Positions 31,929-32,831 of a DNA stretch of 32,831 nucleotides are shown here, in pieces. The first letter of the stretch is position 1. Each line of letters opens with the position of its first letter. The notes beneath the pieces are model-generated. The model was not told where the DNA came from. It made no database searches and was given only the letters and a program-made list of their open reading frames with translations. A program made the translations under genes and the position numbers. The DNA lies in IMG/VR virus record IMGVR_UViG_3300045988_100479, positions 1 to 32,831 of that record. One strand, 5' to 3'. Origin of the DNA: a virus.

Positions 31929-32411
31929 TCACTTCACCTGTAGGCTCTCGTTGGTTACGATTTCGGCGTGCTCAACCTCGCGACCGTCTGCCAGAGCCTC
32001 CTTGATTGCCGTGCGATTGGGCACAGGCTCCTTGAATGTCAGCAAGTCGTCGGCGTGCTCCTGCGCCCACGCGACGAAGCAGTCATCGACCTGGACGGCC
32101 TTCGACTTGCGGTAGCTGCAACGCACCTTGGGCGATTCGAACTTCTCTCCCCTCAGCGCGTACGCGAGAAGGTTCTTGATGCGCTCGGCCTTGTTCTCAA
32201 CGGCCTTGCGGCGCTGGGCGAGGTTCGCTTCCTCTTCCTTCATCGCCTTTGCCTCGGCGATGAGGTTCTTGTAAAAGCAGCCGATGTTCTCGACCTTCTT
32301 GGTGCGCTCCATCTGAAGCTCGTCGAAGCGCTGCTCGTCCTCAATCTCGCCCGTCTCCATATCGACAAGTGCCAGTATGGAATCGTCGATTTCGTAGATG
32401 CTCATACCCAT
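31929..32411 (-). CDS. Siphovirus Gp157-family protein
   Basis: 160 aa with the coiled-coil and charge pattern of Sipho_Gp157, which is usually encoded next to an SSAP. Confidence 0.7.
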   Translation of the reverse strand: MGMSIYEIDDSILALVDMETGEIEDEQRFDELQMERTKKVENIGCFYKNLIAEAKAMKEEEANLAQRRKAVENKAERIKNLLAYALRGEKFESPKVRCSYRKSKAVQVDDCFVAWAQEHADDLLTFKEPVPNRTAIKEALADGREVEHAEIVTNESLQVK

Positions 32412-32542
32412 GTCGTTGCCCCTTTCTCTTTTATTTCATCCAACTCTTCCTTGGAATAAAAAACGTCCTTGCCTTCGAAGAGCTTGTTAATCAAGTCATA
32501 CAGAGCTTGCATGTGCTCCTTCGTCGGGTTGCCCCTCTCCAT
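32402..32542 (-). CDS. Possible small protein (46 aa)
   Basis: ATG 32542 (MERGNPTKEHMQALYDLINKLFEGKD...). Weak RBS GGTGA; overlaps the cro-like 3' end. Confidence 0.25.
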   Translation of the reverse strand: MERGNPTKEHMQALYDLINKLFEGKDVFYSKEELDEIKEKGATTWV

Positions 32543-32756
32543 AATCGTCACCGTCCCCGAAAAGATAATCCAGCGTGTAGGACGCGCCGTTGCGCCCCTC
32601 AAGCTCAGACTGGAGCGCCATCATCTCGCCGAGTCTCCACTGGCGCTTGCCGTTCAACAGCCTCCACAGCGTGGGGTACTTGACTCCGATTGCGTCCGCC
32701 GTCTCCGAGTTCGTGAGTCCGGCGCGTGCGATTTCAGCCTTCAGATTCTTATACAT
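32496..32756 (-). CDS. Cro-like XRE HTH regulator
   Basis: 86 aa. The HTH segment is GLTNSETADAIGVKYPTLWRLLNGKRQ. RBS AAGGGGGTGAG. It is divergent from the cI-like gene across the circular junction. Confidence 0.7.
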   Translation of the reverse strand: MYKNLKAEIARAGLTNSETADAIGVKYPTLWRLLNGKRQWRLGEMMALQSELEGRNGASYTLDYLFGDGDDYGEGQPDEGAHASSV

Positions 32757-32776
32757 ACACTCACCCCCTTATGTGC

Positions 32777-32831
32777 TCACTGTGCGCACTTTTGTGCTCC
32801 AACAATTTCAATTATAGGCAAGAAGTTTCAA
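32777..32831. repeat. Terminal direct repeat copy 2 (identical to 1..55)
   Basis: Exact 55-nt identity with 1..55. Confidence 0.9.

Larger units (their letters stand above)
1..32831. mobile_element. Complete temperate siphovirus genome, circularly permuted (lysogeny, recombination, replication, lysis, packaging, head and tail modules)
   Basis: Full set of phage modules is present. Identical 55-nt termini (1..55 and 32777..32831) show circular closure. The integrase and cI/cro switch indicate a temperate lifestyle. Confidence 0.85.

Noticed and set aside
1-32831. The 55-bp identical termini as attL/attR or true phage terminal repeats
   Set aside because: The length equals a common assembler k-mer (55). 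The termini are exactly identical and fall inside the cro/cI regulatory region. Serine-integrase att sites would not produce 55-bp direct repeats. Circular assembly overlap is the simplest explanation.
1-32831. tRNA, rRNA or other structured RNA genes
   Set aside because: No cloverleaf-compatible segments or rRNA-like regions were recognised by eye, and the intergenic regions are short. A tRNAscan or Infernal run would be needed to exclude small RNAs formally.

Overview
The window is a complete, circularly closed genome of a temperate siphovirus, about 32.8 kb with roughly 59% GC. The first 55 nt (1..55) are identical to the last 55 nt (32777..32831), which is most simply a k=55 assembler overlap. 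That gives a unique length of about 32,776 bp.

Only two genes are on the + strand. They form the lysogeny pair: an XRE/cI-like repressor (202..510) and a large serine recombinase (514..2016). Everything else is on the minus strand as one long lambda-like transcription unit running from high to low coordinates:
- Cro-like HTH (32496..32756).
- Recombination module: Sipho_Gp157, a Rad52-like SSAP, SSB and a NinB-like protein.
- dUTPase and a DUF1064-like putative PD-(D/E)XK nuclease.
- Replication module: an initiator with internal iterons, then a DnaC-like loader.
- A sigma-70 region-4-like regulator.
- An array of terminator-insulated small-gene cassettes with a conserved 5' element, including a ribbon-helix-helix (RHH) regulator.
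- Lysis cassette: membrane protein, holin and a GH25 endolysin with cell-wall-binding (CW_binding_1) repeats.
- HNH endonuclease, then a repeat-rich noncoding region that is a candidate cos site.
- ParB-nuclease/N6-adenine methyltransferase fusion, then TerS and TerL.
- Head module: portal, prohead protease, HK97-type capsid and head-tail connectors.
- Tail module: major tail protein, a tail assembly chaperone with a canonical -1 frameshift, tape measure protein, Dit and the tail fibre genes.

Several structures are not explained by the gene calls:
- The 14-bp perfect palindrome GTTTCACGTGAAAC occurs three times at module boundaries, twice inside coding sequence.
- Four iterons (core CATTTTGGGTAC) lie inside the replication initiator gene.
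- A 36-bp imperfect palindrome around a central TT sits 12 bp downstream of the int stop codon and is a candidate attP.
- At least five small-gene cassettes share a 5' element with core AGTATACAC and most end in their own intrinsic terminator (each flanking hairpin is a separate terminator call, some weak), directly downstream of the sigma-like regulator.

The ORF table uses GTG/TTG starts, so several listed ORFs are over-extended at their N-termini; I have corrected the starts where the sequence supports it. Most + strand ORFs lying inside the minus-strand genes are high-GC frame artefacts. No tRNA, rRNA or CRISPR array was seen. The host is probably a high-GC Firmicute, which is an inference from GC content, GGAGG-type RBSs and the CW_binding_1 endolysin.
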